NCBI RefSeq assembly: GCF_001194135.2
Contig: NC_069002.1
Location: 36,782,057-36,846,056, forward strand
Length of the DNA stretch: 64,000 nucleotides
Direction: 5' to 3'
From: Octopus bimaculoides
Taxonomy: Eukaryota
This document shows, piece after piece, positions 26,868 through 39,992 of the stretch. Within the stretch, counting starts at the first letter, position 1. Every line of letters starts with the position of its first letter. Made by a program: the position numbers and the translations under genes. Under the pieces are notes generated by a model. That model was given only the letters and a program-made list of their open reading frames with translations, had not been told where the DNA came from and ran no database searches.

Positions 26868-29800
26868 TGACAGGCTACTTTCAGTTTCCGTCTACCAAAT
26901 CCACTAAAGGCTTTGGTTGGCCAAGGCTTTTAATAAAAGACTCTTGCCCAAGATTCCATGCAGTGGGGCTGAATCTGGAACCATGTAATTAGGAAGCAAA
27001 ATTCTTACCACATAGCCACCTGTGATAGTTTGGTTATCTGTTTGTTTGTGCCTAGTTGCCTTCTACATCTGTTAGCGAATCTTCATGAAACTTTTTATAC
27101 ATGTTAAACTAACATCCAATTTGTTACTAGGCTCATTACAGTTTAGGCCAGGGCCCCTAGAAAGAGTCCCATCTATTTTCCTTTAAAAGCCAAGGGGAAA
27201 TAACCCTTTCATTTTTCTTTATTTTTCTCTTTTGCCCACTAGTCATTTCTCCCTCCATTTATTAGAGAAGCAGTATCATTAGAGTGATCGGTTGCCAGTG
27301 GTTACGATGTATGAATACATGTGCATTCTACATTAAGTGAACTTTCTTACAAGAAGTTGTTAAATTTAATGACATTTCATAGACCTACCTAAGATCTTTC
27401 ATTTAAAACAAATTTGAGTAAAATCTTACCATGGGTTATGGAGATATCAATGCCACAACTTACTTGCAAATTTTACCATTGATGTACTGTTTCCATGGCG
27501 ACTATGCAAAATTTTTTCAAACTATTACATTTTATTTGATATAAATCAAGTTGAGTATGTTTATTTTCTAGTATTTGAACTGTTAGGGTTATTTTTGCAC
27601 TGTGCCCAGAGCAACTCTTAAACAAGCAGGTAGTATTTTCCTCAACAATAAGATCCACTTATTTCAGTTAGTGACTTATTCACGAATATCCCATGAATGA
27701 CAATGCCTTTCATGTCACTTCAGCCAATTGACAGGTGCTGCATGAAGAACTTTCCAGAGTTTACTTACTTTGAATTGTTATAATCTCATATCCAGTTTGC
27801 CTGTTATTACATAACATACTTCACGATTTTGGTATACATACCTTATTGGTATTTCCTCCTAAGTTCTATATACTCTGGGAATGCATCGAAGCCCTTTTCA
27901 GGGCTACTTTATTTGAATTCTTACTATCGGCTAACTGATTTACATGTTATTACATAACTGACTTCATGATTTTGGTATTCATGACTTATTGGGATTTCCT
28001 AAAAACAAGATCCTATGTAAGATAGTTCAGTATTCTCTGTAAATGCACAAAAGGCTGTTTTATGAGCTGCATACTTAGTATTGTTGCTATTGGATTAGCA
28101 AAACAATTATGAGAACGAGACCAGGAGATAAGCCCTACTTTTCCGGGAATTACCGAGTAAGGCAGATAGTTATATATCAATTTTTTATACAATTTCTTTT
28201 TCTTTAAATGATGGAATGATACAATAATGGAAATATTAAATTGTGAATTGAATGTTACGTTAACAATTTTGCTGCTGAGTATTCTATTCCTTCTTCACCA
28301 ATTTTGATGCAGTGTGTAGAGGCTCCTTAGTTTGCTCAACTGTTTGGTCCCAAGTAAATCCTAATCAAACGAATATCCAAAGTTACTCATCCTGCCTTTT
28401 TGTTTAGTGGACTACACTATAGTCTTTATTTAACATGGCTGCTTGTGATTTATAGGAAATTAAGCTGTTATTTCCTAGAAGATTGAACGACTGCATATAG
28501 ACTCCTTTGTCATATGTATTTATACTTGGTGTGGTTTAAGTTTTGAATTCAGATAATCTCTGTTTATATTTCTTATTCTTGTTCATGCTGGCCATCAGTT
28601 TATCTCTTAACCATCACCTGTTTATTGATTTATTCACCATTTGGTTTGAAACATTTTTATATGCACTGTTGTGGAGTTCTTGACCTCTGGTTAGGTCTAC
28701 ATACAAAACCCATCAATCTTAAAGTTTACGTTAATAAATTAAAGCACTCCATAATTTTATCTAAGAAAGAAATTAGTTGACTAAATACTTCCAAATTACG
28801 GATTAATTTCAATATTAATTGAAACCTGGCCAATCAATTTCAGTATAAATATAATCACAAATTGTTTATGCAGTTTTGATATATACTGTTTGTAAGCAAT
28901 AGTTTCATTGTTTTTCTTGTCATTTCTTTTATCTATTTTTAATGTACAAAACATAAACAAGCAAAGACTTTCAAGATTAAAAGAACTGAAAGTACAATGA
29001 CCTTTGTGTTGCAATAATAAAAGAAAATAGAGAAAATTATTGATTAGTTTTAAGTGATATCATCGTAAATTATGTATGCATGCCAAGTTACATATGTTAT
29101 TGCAAGTTTAACTTCCATCTGATATGTTAAATCAAACCTCGTTTTAATCTGCCCAAAACATCCTGGATTTTTCCTGTAGATAACTTAAGTATTAAAGAAT
29201 AACTAAGCTTTTGTTTTTAATGTTTGTGTTGTGGTCTGTTCCCATGTTAGACCTATAATGAAAAATAAATTTCCACATCCTTCACCGTTCCATCTATTTT
29301 GTAGGCAGTGAATCCAGGACAATATTATCCAATGTGTTGTTTTTTTTTCTTTTACCCTTTAGCATTTGAATCAGCCATTATCTGACCCAAATATTTTACC
29401 TGTTTTATTTTCAAACCAACCAGATGTGGCCTCTTAACATCTATCTACTTCACAATGTCATTCTAAAAATATAGTCACATCAAAATCTCAAAGCTACGAG
29501 ATAATGCATGATTAATTCAAAACAACATGGATTAATAGATGTTATATTTGACCTAGTAACTGAATGCTGAAGGGTTAACTTGATATGATGTAATTTGAGT
29601 GAGATTTGGCTGCTAGTTTTAGTAGCAACTCTTTCATCAGAAGTAAATATTTGGTTTCCTATAAAGCAACAAGACATAAATGTAAAACAAAAATGTCTTG
29701 TTATCAGTATTGTGTTGTATTTAATGAAGCCTCTTTTTTGAATATTGTTAACATTTTTTTTCTTGGTTTGCTTGTGATCTTGGAGTTAGTCAGTCCATGC

Positions 29801-32800
29801 CATCTATATAATAGACTTTATTCGCTTTGAAAATGTTGTGGCCAATTTATTTCTCTAAAATGACTGAATAAATGTTCCTAGCTATAATGATTGAATGATA
29901 TTGTCAACTGTATTTAGAGCTGAGGTGTCTTCTTTTAACTACTAACGCAGTGGTTCTCATAAGGACAAATACCAGCTCCCCACTCTTTAGTGAAAACTTT
30001 TGGCATTTCCATCTTTATTAACAAGAAATCAATTTGCCCATCTTTTCAACCCCATTCTCCCCTAACATGAGAAATACTGCTCTGAAGTCTTGATTGATCA
30101 CCAACTTGGTTACAGTTGTATCCCAGATTTATTGTTTTCAAGATGAATGTTTATTCATCAGATCAGAAACAATTTTTTATAACCTCAGAATATGGTAACT
30201 GTATTTCACAAAGACTGCTAGATTTTTGTTTTATTGATAAAGAATTAATTTGCCTTACTGCTTGAGTATATATTTTCTATCAACAGTTGGTAAGCTAGGT
30301 TCAGGATTTGGTAAGCCAGGTTCACTTTTTTTAAAAATCTTCCCTCCTTTGTATTTTGAATGCAAGAAAATTGACTAGTTCTGTTTGAATAAAGTAGAAC
30401 TAAAGCTGCTATATATAATCTTGACCTGGATCGGATACAAGAATGTTAATTTTGTCAAATGTTTAAAGTGTCTTACACTACTGCACCTGATGATTCCACT
30501 TGAAAGAATTTGTGGAATTGGTGTTGAGAATATTGAATTTTCTTCATTTATTTCGTTAAATGAATTGCATTTGAGTTGCTATGAATTGAGTATTCATAGA
30601 AATGAAATTGTTAACCTGATCTGAATATTGAAAACCTGTTCCCTGTATTGCATAACATGAAAAGCAATAATGTTGTCTCATTATATAAAGTGAATACATC
30701 TGATTGAATTGATCTAATCAATAAAAAAATAACCACAGATTCTTCAGGAAGTCTTAGAATTAATTAAATTCATTAAGGCAAAGAGACGTGGTACCAATAA
30801 CATTTTCAGTCCTTCCTGTATTTGGTGTTTGGAATAACAGGACGGGCTTAGTTGGTTGTTCAGTTTGAACAAGAGTTGAAGGGACATAGTTCTGGAGAGG
30901 AGGAGACATTGGATGGAGTTATTAGCAGAGGCCTGAGAAATAAATATAAGTTCATTACAATAAAATAAGTTACATAGGTAAAATATTGCTCATTTATATA
31001 GATGTATGTAAAATATCTATTTAACCAAAAGGATTTTAAAATCTGTTATATCCTTTATTTTGAACTGCATCAGAGATTAGAAAATTACTATTTTTAAATC
31101 TCACAACGAGAGATATTCAGCAACAGTACTTTAGAGTAAAGATTTTTGCCAACATAACATGGCAGTCCTGGTTTGTCACTTCAATATAAAATAAAATTCC
31201 ACAACAATTTGGCTTACACTGACTGTATGTTGTGTGCTTTCAGTTAATGTAAGAAACACATTCTTTGAATTACAAAAAAATGCAGTTGGTCAATGGCACC
31301 GTGAATTGAGGAATCAGTTAAAGGTTTTGTGTACCAACTCCACATCCCTACTAAATAGAAAACTGTGTATAATAAGTTTAATATAAGTTTTTAATCTTGC
31401 TTACATCTAGTTCATTTACTATTCTGCAAGTATCTCTCTTAACATAACATTTCTGCTTTTTAGAACTGATTCTTCAGAAATTCAAGATGGTTATCAATTC
31501 CAAGATTCAAATTCACATACCATTCCTTCATTTTTTCCACCCAGAAGTTCTAAACTGAATTAATTATGTAATTTACTGTAAATTAATTTAGTGTTAAATA
31601 TGTGCAATGAAAATTACATGTCACGTCTGGTTTAACGATTTCAACACTGATTTTATTTTCTGCTCATTATTTATAATTTTGAATCATTAAAGTATGAATC
31701 ACAGAAATTGTTTCTTAATTGAAATACTGTCTGATTTACTTCAGCTGTGAATTGTCAGGCACATGCTTGTAAATAGACAAAAGTCTTGGGAGTGAAATTT
31801 GTTAAGATGGTAACTGTGGAAGTCTGCCTGACAGGCTGGGAGTGTGAGGATGACACTTGATGCACAGTATGACCCTGTCCCCTTGACTGTAAATAGATAA
31901 GTTCACTTAGTAATTTAGGGAGAAAATTGAATGCCAGAAGGCAGTGGTATACCAGCATATAATATGTGGTATACCAGTATACCACTGGTATACCAGTGGT
32001 ATAATATGTCAGAAAAATCTTCAGTATGTGGCTCTGTTACAGGGTCACCAAAGTCAGCTTTGATTGAAAGTTTTATCCAATTAGACACAATAGCTGTCCT
32101 TAAATCTCATACATAGTTGAAATATTACCCCTGTATATATTGTTGTCATAGAGTTTATAATTTTGAATTGGGGCATCTTAAAAGAATCAGGTCACAAGTT
32201 ACTTTTTGATTAGTTAACAAGATCTTTTCATCACTTCAAACCTGCCACCCTATGCCTTTTGTTGCTCATAAAATAGACATTAAAATCCCGTATTTTATTT
32301 GTAATCTTTTTCTGGTATCAAGTGGAATAGTTTTTTTTTTTTTTATGTCTGTAGCATAAAGTATCCCCAGTTATAGTATTCTATTATTCTCTTGTTCTGC
32401 TGCTATTAAGATTGTTTTGGACCTAGTCTTCACTGTTAAGTAGCACTCCAGGAATCTGATAGAGAACCATTTATTAAATTAAAAGTAGTGTAAACAGAGA
32501 ATAATACTAAGCTGATAACTCTTTCTTTGGTTAATCAGTTGTCAGTAGTAGTAGCAGTAGCAGCAGTTGAGGGAGAAGTTTATGTCGACTAATGGAATCT
32601 CACTATGAAATCTGTTAATTGTTGGCAGTATGGTGCTTACTATAAAATGTGAGGACTGGTATTTTGTAATGAGGGATAGGTTGTGTATAAGTTGGGAGGA
32701 TAGTTCTGACAAGCCAAAAGTAACTAGGGTAAAACAAAAAAATGTTTTGGATGTGATGAAACCAAATCATGAGACTTATATGAGGTTGGTGGGGCAGTTA

Positions 32801-32860
32801 TAATCCATTTATGACTGTAAGGAAATACAATTTTTTTTTTTTTATTTTAAATAATCAGTA

Positions 32861-33260
32861 GGCGCAGGAGTGGCTGTGTGGTAAGTAGCTTGCTTACCAA
32901 CCACATGGTTCTGGGTTCATTCCCACTGCGTGGCACCTTGGGCAAGTGTCTTCTACTATAGTCTCGGGCCGACAAAAACCTTGTGAGTGGATTTGGTAGA
33001 CGTAAAACTGAAAGAAGCCCATCGTATATATGTATATATATATGTGTGTTTGTGTGTCTGTGTTTGTCCCCCACAACATCATTTGACAACCGATGCTGGT
33101 GTGTTTACGTCCCCATAACTTGGCGGTTCAGCAAAAGAGACCGATAGAATAAGTACTAGGCTTCCAAAGAATAAGTTCTGGGATCGATTTGCTTGACTAA
33201 AGGCGGTGCTCCAGCATGGCCACAGTCAAATGACTGAAGCAAGTAAAAGAGAGTAAAGAG
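32861..33260 (+). mobile_element. Full-length tRNA-derived SINE, family A (head GGCGCAGGAGTGGCTGTGTGGTAAG)
   Basis: A/B-box head and AAGAGT-type tail. Other copies or fragments lie at about 1086-1470(+), 1841-2010(-), 3499-3719(+), 4856-4995(+), 7790-7995(+), 12800-13160(-), 26720-27020(-), 42290-42495(-), 43580-44100(+), 50365-50710(+), 56110-56492(-), 56535-56730(+) and 56900-57060(-). Confidence 0.85.
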
Positions 33261-34029
33261 GAGTTTAGAGAAATTTAGTAAACTCATTTATGAAGCTGGT
33301 GTTTTAAACAATTTTAATTGGAAGGTTTTGGTTTAGATATGAATACTTTAAAATGGGTAGTTTTTGTATAAAAGAACAAGAGGCAGTGTTAGATAGGTTC
33401 AACTCAAAAGAATCATTAGAACTTAAGCTAAAAGGTTTGATAGTTTAGTAGAGCACTGAAAATAGTTGCATAAGATAATTTTGTTGATCTTTCTTGGTTG
33501 CCATTAGAAAAGTAGGACGTTTTTACATTTGCCTTGTAGGTTATCTAATTTCTATGGAATAATAGATACTAGAAATGTGATACTTTTCAAGTGATTTGAA
33601 TTCCTCACAAAAGCCAATCTTACAAAAACCGTCTTTGATTGGTTTTGTACCAGTTGCAAGAGAATACGAAGAATATTAATGACTTATTTAGATTTTCTTT
33701 TAACCATATGTATTGTGCAGCTTTGTTGTTCCTCTGATGAAGGACTACGTGTAAACGAGTAAGCTTTGGCAAAAAACATGTTCAGGCAAAGGTGCATTGG
33801 GTTTAACTTAGATGAAACTATAAGTGAAACAATCGGACCCACTGTGTTGGTTAGTGATTAAACTACTGTAAATATAAGATTTATAAATGTTAATTACTCT
33901 GAACTTTATTAATGATGTTAATGCTCTAGATGCTTCTATTGATTAGAAGTAAAAAAAAAAAAAGAGAACTGCAGTTTTCAAAATTTTATTTTTAAGGCAT
34001 ACACAGGAATTTAATATTGTTACATATTA

Positions 34030-34480
34030 TGGTGTAGGCATGGCTGTTTTGTAAGAAGTTTCCTTTCTAACCACATGGTTCTGGGGTCAGTCTCTCTGCA
34101 TGGCATCTTGGGCAAGTGTATTCTATTATAGCCCTAGGCCAACCATAGCTTTATGAGTGGATTTGGTTGAAGGAAACTGAAAAAAAGCCTGTTGTATGTA
34201 TATATATGAATATGTGCACGTTTGTGAGTATGTCTGTCTGTTTGTGCTTCCTTGTTTTGATATTTCAGTATAGTTGTAAATGTGTGCCATTGTCACACAA
34301 GCAGTGTCATTCATTTCCAACATTCCTTGAAAACATGTCTGGTCATGGGGAAATATGACTTTGCTTGGAAACAAGGGAGGGTTGGTGACAGGAGGGCATC
34401 CAGCTCAAGAAATCTGCTTCTACTAAACTCTGTCCAACCCATGCAAACATAGAAAAGTGGATGTTAAATGATGATAATGA
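34030..34480 (+). mobile_element. SINE family A variant whose 3' part ends in the RTE-like GGAAAAGTGGATGTTAAATGATGAT tail
   Basis: Same head as family A with a different body. Similar copies at about 5978-6380, 14100-14345 (body only) and 24490-24830. Confidence 0.75.
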
Positions 34481-35065
34481 TTATTCTCATGTAGCAGGTT
34501 GTAGTGTGAAAATGATTTAAAAAAGATTCTCTGTTTTTGATGAATATGTGTGAAATTAATTAATTTTAATTGTTATAATTTTCATATAATAAAGAGGTGA
34601 GCAAATACTGGAGGAAAGCTGTAAAGTTCATAAATTTGGATCAGTTTGTTTGTTGTGGGGAGACAAGAATCACACTGTTTTGAGCAAAGTTTTTCATTGG
34701 AATAAGGAACTTTGGTAAAGGGCTTTACTCACAATATCAAGCTTCTGGTCTTCTAAAGTATACAAACTTCACCATGCATGGTAGAATAAGCAGAAGATTC
34801 TTCACCTTTTGAGTTTAATATCAATGAAACAACTCATTTTAGTAACAGTATGTTCCTCTCCTTTATGTCATAACTCATTTCTTCTCTGCATTGCACAAAA
34901 ATTTATTTTACTTTACAAATTTTATCTGCTCTGCTGCTCAAACTATTTGAAAATTAAAACTAGTTCTCCCTTCTTCCCTTAAAATATAAACTTTTCCCTT
35001 TGTATTCAGTATTGTTTTAATGTAATTCCAAAATCTATTTTTGTTTTTGTTTTTTTCTCTTAAAG

Positions 35066-35176
35066 GTACTGATATATCTAATGGTGAGGAAGTGGCAATC
35101 AAATTAGAATGTGTGAAAACAAAACACCCACAGCTACACATAGAAAGCAAAATCTACAAAATGATGCAAGGTGGAG
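35066..35176 (+). CDS. CSNK1D: CK1 delta/epsilon coding exon 2 ([37 protein letters not shown]; catalytic Lys38)
   Basis: Acceptor TTTTTCTCTTAAAG, 111 nt, phase 1 to phase 1, donor G|GTAAGA. The translation matches CK1 subdomains II-III. Confidence 0.98.
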
Positions 35177-35481
35177 GTAAGAGGAAATTCTGTCATTTCA
35201 TACATTGTTGAATATTCCACACACACAAACGTTCTGGTATTTGGACTGTTGATCTCCATAGTAAGCTGATAATTCTTGTATTGTGAAAGTGGTTACCAAG
35301 AACAGATCTAAGGTGATTAGAACCAAAGATAAAACTAGAATTATTCAAAAGACAGCATCACCAGAGAAATAGGTATATCATTACTGTTAATTAAAAGTGT
35401 TTCAGCAATGGCCATCCTGTCAGATTTTCACATACAGTATGTCTAGCACAACATTATCCATTGCATCCTTTATTTCTTAAG

Positions 35482-35807
35482 TGAAGGTGCGTGGCTGAGT
35501 GGTTAGGGGATTCAGCTCATGATTGTTAGGTCGTGAGTTCAATTCCCGGCAATGCGTGGTGTCCTTCAGCAAAACACTTTATTTCACGTTGCTCCAGTCC
35601 ACTCAGCTGGCAAAAATGAGTTGTACCTGTAATTACAAAGGGGCTGGCCTTGTCACGCTATGTGTCAGGCTGAGTCTCCCTGAGAACTACGTTAGGGGTA
35701 CACGTGTCTGTGGATTGCCCAGTCACTTGCACGTTAATTTCACAAGGTGGCTGTTCCGTTGATCGTATCAGCTGGGACCCTCGTCGTCGTAACTGACTGA
35801 GTGCTCC
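35482..35807 (+). mobile_element. tRNA-derived SINE, family C, with an 11-bp target-site duplication
   Basis: TATTTCTTAAG occurs at 35471-35481 and 35808-35818. A box TGGCTGAGTGG and B box GAGTTCAATTCCC. Related copies at about 7560-7720, 13735-13960, 19010-19280(-) and 62240-62505. Confidence 0.85.
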
Positions 35808-37401
35808 TATTTCTTAAGATAATAGGGTGTGGCCATGTTTAAAATATAGACAGGAAATCTAATTTGTGGTTGTCATCCAATTAAAAGATGTAATATGGAT
35901 CTAATATCCTGACTGGTGATTGCAGCTGGCTGTGAGTAACTAAGGGCTGCTGGTATTGTTTCTGGAAAGCAGCGACCAGCATATTTATTACATGTCATTA
36001 AATTTGATCTATTTTATAGTTTGTAGAGTGTGTATTATAAGATATACACTAGAAATTGCATTAAAAAAAATGATAGTTCAATCTGATGTATGTGGAATGC
36101 AGACATTAAAGTATAACGAAGTACTAAGTAGTAAATACATAAACTGTCTCCCAAGTAATGTGGTATTGAAGCACAGAAATAGGCTGTCGTCTCACCTGAT
36201 ACCAGGAGATGACAATAGTCCTTTTTGATTCTAATTTTGAGGAAAAGGGGCAAGCCAATACCATTGACCCCAATACTTTATTGACCTGAAAGGATTAAAG
36301 GCTGAGTTAAACTTTGCAAGGTTTGAACTTATATTGCAAAGAGCTGGGAAGCCTTTTTCTCGCTCTCTGAGGATTTCTGCCAGTTTGTCACATTATTGAA
36401 TGGAGTACTATTGAAAATACATTTGATGATTGTTGGACCAAACTGAAGCACAATAGTGAAGCTAGCGATAGCAGCAGGGAAAAGATGCTACAGTATTAAG
36501 ATGACTAGTTCTGAAAGATTTTTATCACTAGTTTATCAATATCTATGAAATGACATGTAAAATTCAGAATTTGATTGGTGTTTAGAAACTTATCAGTGCT
36601 TTATAACATACAGAAGTAGAGCTAATACGTTAGAGTTGGTCCCCTGTTGAGTGTTTAAGAGGTGAAATTCCTTTTGGTTGATCATGAGATAAAGCTCAAT
36701 GATTTTCAAATAATCTAGATTTTATATAATTGCTCTATAACTATAGTTATACATTAGTCTATGTTGTTTTCATGACATTTTAGTGAACTATCTCCTGATG
36801 TCGGGAACTTTTACTGTGTCTGCTGGATTTTTGTCTTTTGTTTTTTTCACCAGCAGCACTAGTGAAGTTGCCTTGTGGCTTATGTTTGGCAGTGAGAATG
36901 AGGAAGGGACGGTTCAAAGGAAGGACCCAGTTGTCTGTCAGCTTTCCATTAACTTAGATCTTTCATTCAGTATGTATTCATTACATTAACCCTTTAGCAT
37001 TCAGATAACTCTGTCAAATGTAATGCTTATTTATTCACATTAGCTTCACATTATTCACAGGGACATTGTAGGGTATGTGTGAGAGGCCAGATAAGCCTAG
37101 TTTAAATGCTAAAGGGTTAGACACACATACCAGCCAAGCTGGCTGGCTTAAGTACATTGCTAATTGCTCAGGTACCAAGCTGCTTTAATTTATTTGTATC
37201 TAACCTTGCACATTCAATGGATCATATTTTATCTTTTTCTCTTTTCCCCAGCCACTGTTGGTCTCCTTTGTTCATCATCCTTACATATTTCACTGTTATA
37301 TGGTGTCTTATATTGTCTGCCTTTCTTACAGCAAAACCTTTCAACACCATTGGAAGAGACAATTCTCTGGACTTTGTCCCAGTCAGTTTTTATCCTAGTG
37401 G

Positions 37402-37471
<70 letters not shown>

Positions 37472-39128
37472 TACATTCTAACTAGCAGAATTTATCTTTG
37501 TCTTCTTGTAAGCCATTTGTGTTAACCAGAGTTTTTATTTCAAGCCTTCCCTTGCTACCCGCATCTCTATTAAACTCTGCTGTATCTGGTGCATTTACAA
37601 TTATTGTTTTCAACCAGTCTGCAAGAAATCCTAATGTATTTTTCATTAAAATTTCTTTCATTGAATACAGCACTGAGATCCTGCCAACTCTCATCTGTAT
37701 TGATTGAACAAACCTTATTGTTACAGCTATTGTTTTTTTGTTTGTTTTTCTTCTCTGGTCTCTTTTAATGATTTGTGTTAATATTTACCTGTTGTCTTTT
37801 GGAATCTATTCTGTTTGATAATACTAGAGGTAGTTACAATTAGCAAACATGTATATTGTATGTGTGCTTTTGCAAAAATATGTTTCATATGCAGCTGAAT
37901 GAAACTCAAGTCATGAGTTTGAACGCGCACGCACACACACACACACACACCTGGTCTGAAGAGGAATAATTGCCCATAGGATCCTCAAAAGCTCAAGAAA
38001 TGTGGTTTGATGCACGAGATCATTTTTCAGTGACTTAAAGATGTGAAATATTTCAATGTCTAAATTAAGCAGAATGTGAATAGTTAAGTAGCTAGTCGTA
38101 GGAAGGTCATCTAACTGTAAAATAACCACTCCAATTATATTTTTGGTTATTATGATTTTTGGTAATACTTATGAAATTTGCCTATTATTACCTCAGTTGA
38201 TTTCCTTTTTACTATTGTGAAGTGAAAGAGAAGTCATGTCACAAAATTAATGCTGAAATTATCTGTTGCTCCATAGTAAAAGGTTTCAATCCTTGGTCAT
38301 GTCTTTAGTAGTTCTAGAATCTGAACTTTACAGTCATTGCTTTTCATCCTTTCAGGGTCGATAAATTAAGTACCAGTTGTGTACTGGGCTCAATCTAATC
38401 AACTGGCCCTCTCCCCCAAAATTTCAGGCCTAGTGCTTAGAGTAGAAAAGATTATTATTGTTGTTGTTGTTATTATTTCTTTTGGCTAAATTAATATTGG
38501 AACAATGAACCTTGTCTAATACTTCAACCTTGCGTCTATTCTGCCTGTACCTGAGTCAAGTATTTCTCTATAATGTTTATGAATTTTTATGATTATTTTA
38601 GATGCTATTGTCTTTATATTAGTATAAATCTTGTTTCATATCTTAGCAATATTGAAATTTCATATCAAATGTTCTGTTAGAACTTTAACTCCATATTTAT
38701 TTTGAATTGCATTTCTTTTTTAGACCTATCTAGTTGTGTCAGCAGTTTTGAAATAGTATTATGTCAGTTGTTTTTTTTAATTTTTAATAGATAAATGAAA
38801 TGTTCAAGTGTAACAGCTTGAGATATACTACATTTTAATATATATTTAATGTTGCTTAATGATTATTTCCAAGTTGCTTGGAATAGTTCAGATTTTAAAG
38901 TTTTAGATGAATGGTAATCTATACATTAAAATCAACACGGTTTAATTGTCTTCTCTGCTTAATATTAAATGTACCAATTATATTTTTTGTAAGTTGAAGT
39001 CCATATAGCAGAAGTGAGCTAAAACATTAAAATTTAGTGCACAACAGAGTTCAAGGTCAGTCTGTTAAACACTGATGGTGATAGGGTTTTATTTGTTCTT
39101 TTTTTCTTTTCTTTTTTTTTTCAATATA

Positions 39129-39992
39129 TGTGGTCTGATCAATAAGTATCTGGACTGTTGCTATAGTAACGAAGCTAAAGCACGCAGAGTGAAGCTGCTT
39201 GGCACAGACTGACCTTGAACTCTGTTGTGCATGTGCACTAAATTTTACTGTTTTAGCTCACTTCTGCTGTTTATTAGCAGTGCTTGGAAGGAAAGTGTGT
39301 AGTATGTAATTGTCACATTGACCATGACACAAAAAGTTGAGTAGAGAATCTGCATCAAATTTTGCCAAAAGCTTGGCGATACCTGCTCAGAGACCTTTGC
39401 AAGTTTTAAAAAAGTTTTCATCGTTCTCAACACGATCAAGGAAATCTTGTGCCACTGAAACCTGAGTGTCTTTTTGGTCAGCTGAAAGCAGTTTTGGCAG
39501 ACATGTATCTCATATCCAAGCCTCCAGAGATAATGGACTGAACTGAACCGTAGCTAATCTGCACACCCTCTGATAACTCGTGGATGGGGATTTGACAATT
39601 TCTCCTCACAGCTGCATGCATATCTGATGTTTTTCAGTTCTGCTGGTTGTGGGTCTCCCAGAAAATTTGTCATTATCGACATTTTTTTCAGCCATCTTGG
39701 AAACATCTGAACCACTCATACACTTGTGTGTGGTTCATACACTTTCTGCAACTTTGCATAGGCCTCTGAGCAGGTATTGCCATGACAACTTTCTCTGTCA
39801 TGGTCAGTGTGATGATCACCCGCTACACACCTTCCTTCCAAGCACTGCTGTAAATAGCCGAAGTGAGCTAGAACATTAAAACTTAATGCGCATGCACTGC
39901 AGAGTTCAAGGTCAATCTGTGCCAAGTGGTTTCACTCTGCGTGCTTCAGTTTCGTTATGGCAACAGTCTGGATACTTATTGATAAGACCTCG
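39129..39992. mobile_element. Non-autonomous mariner (Tc1/mariner) made of two inverted 5' ends
   Basis: TA target duplication (39127-39128, 39993-39994) and long TIRs (consensus CGAGGTCTGATCAATAAGTATC...). The + strand encodes a decayed MTQKVE*RICIKFCQKLGDTCSET. The - strand encodes YEWFRCFQDG...FSGRPTTS and ends at DRVENDENFF, before the catalytic D. Confidence 0.9.

Noticed and set aside
35084-35089. Internal GTGAGG donor in exon 2
   Set aside because: Use would delete the catalytic Lys38. It is most likely a chance by-product of a Gly codon.
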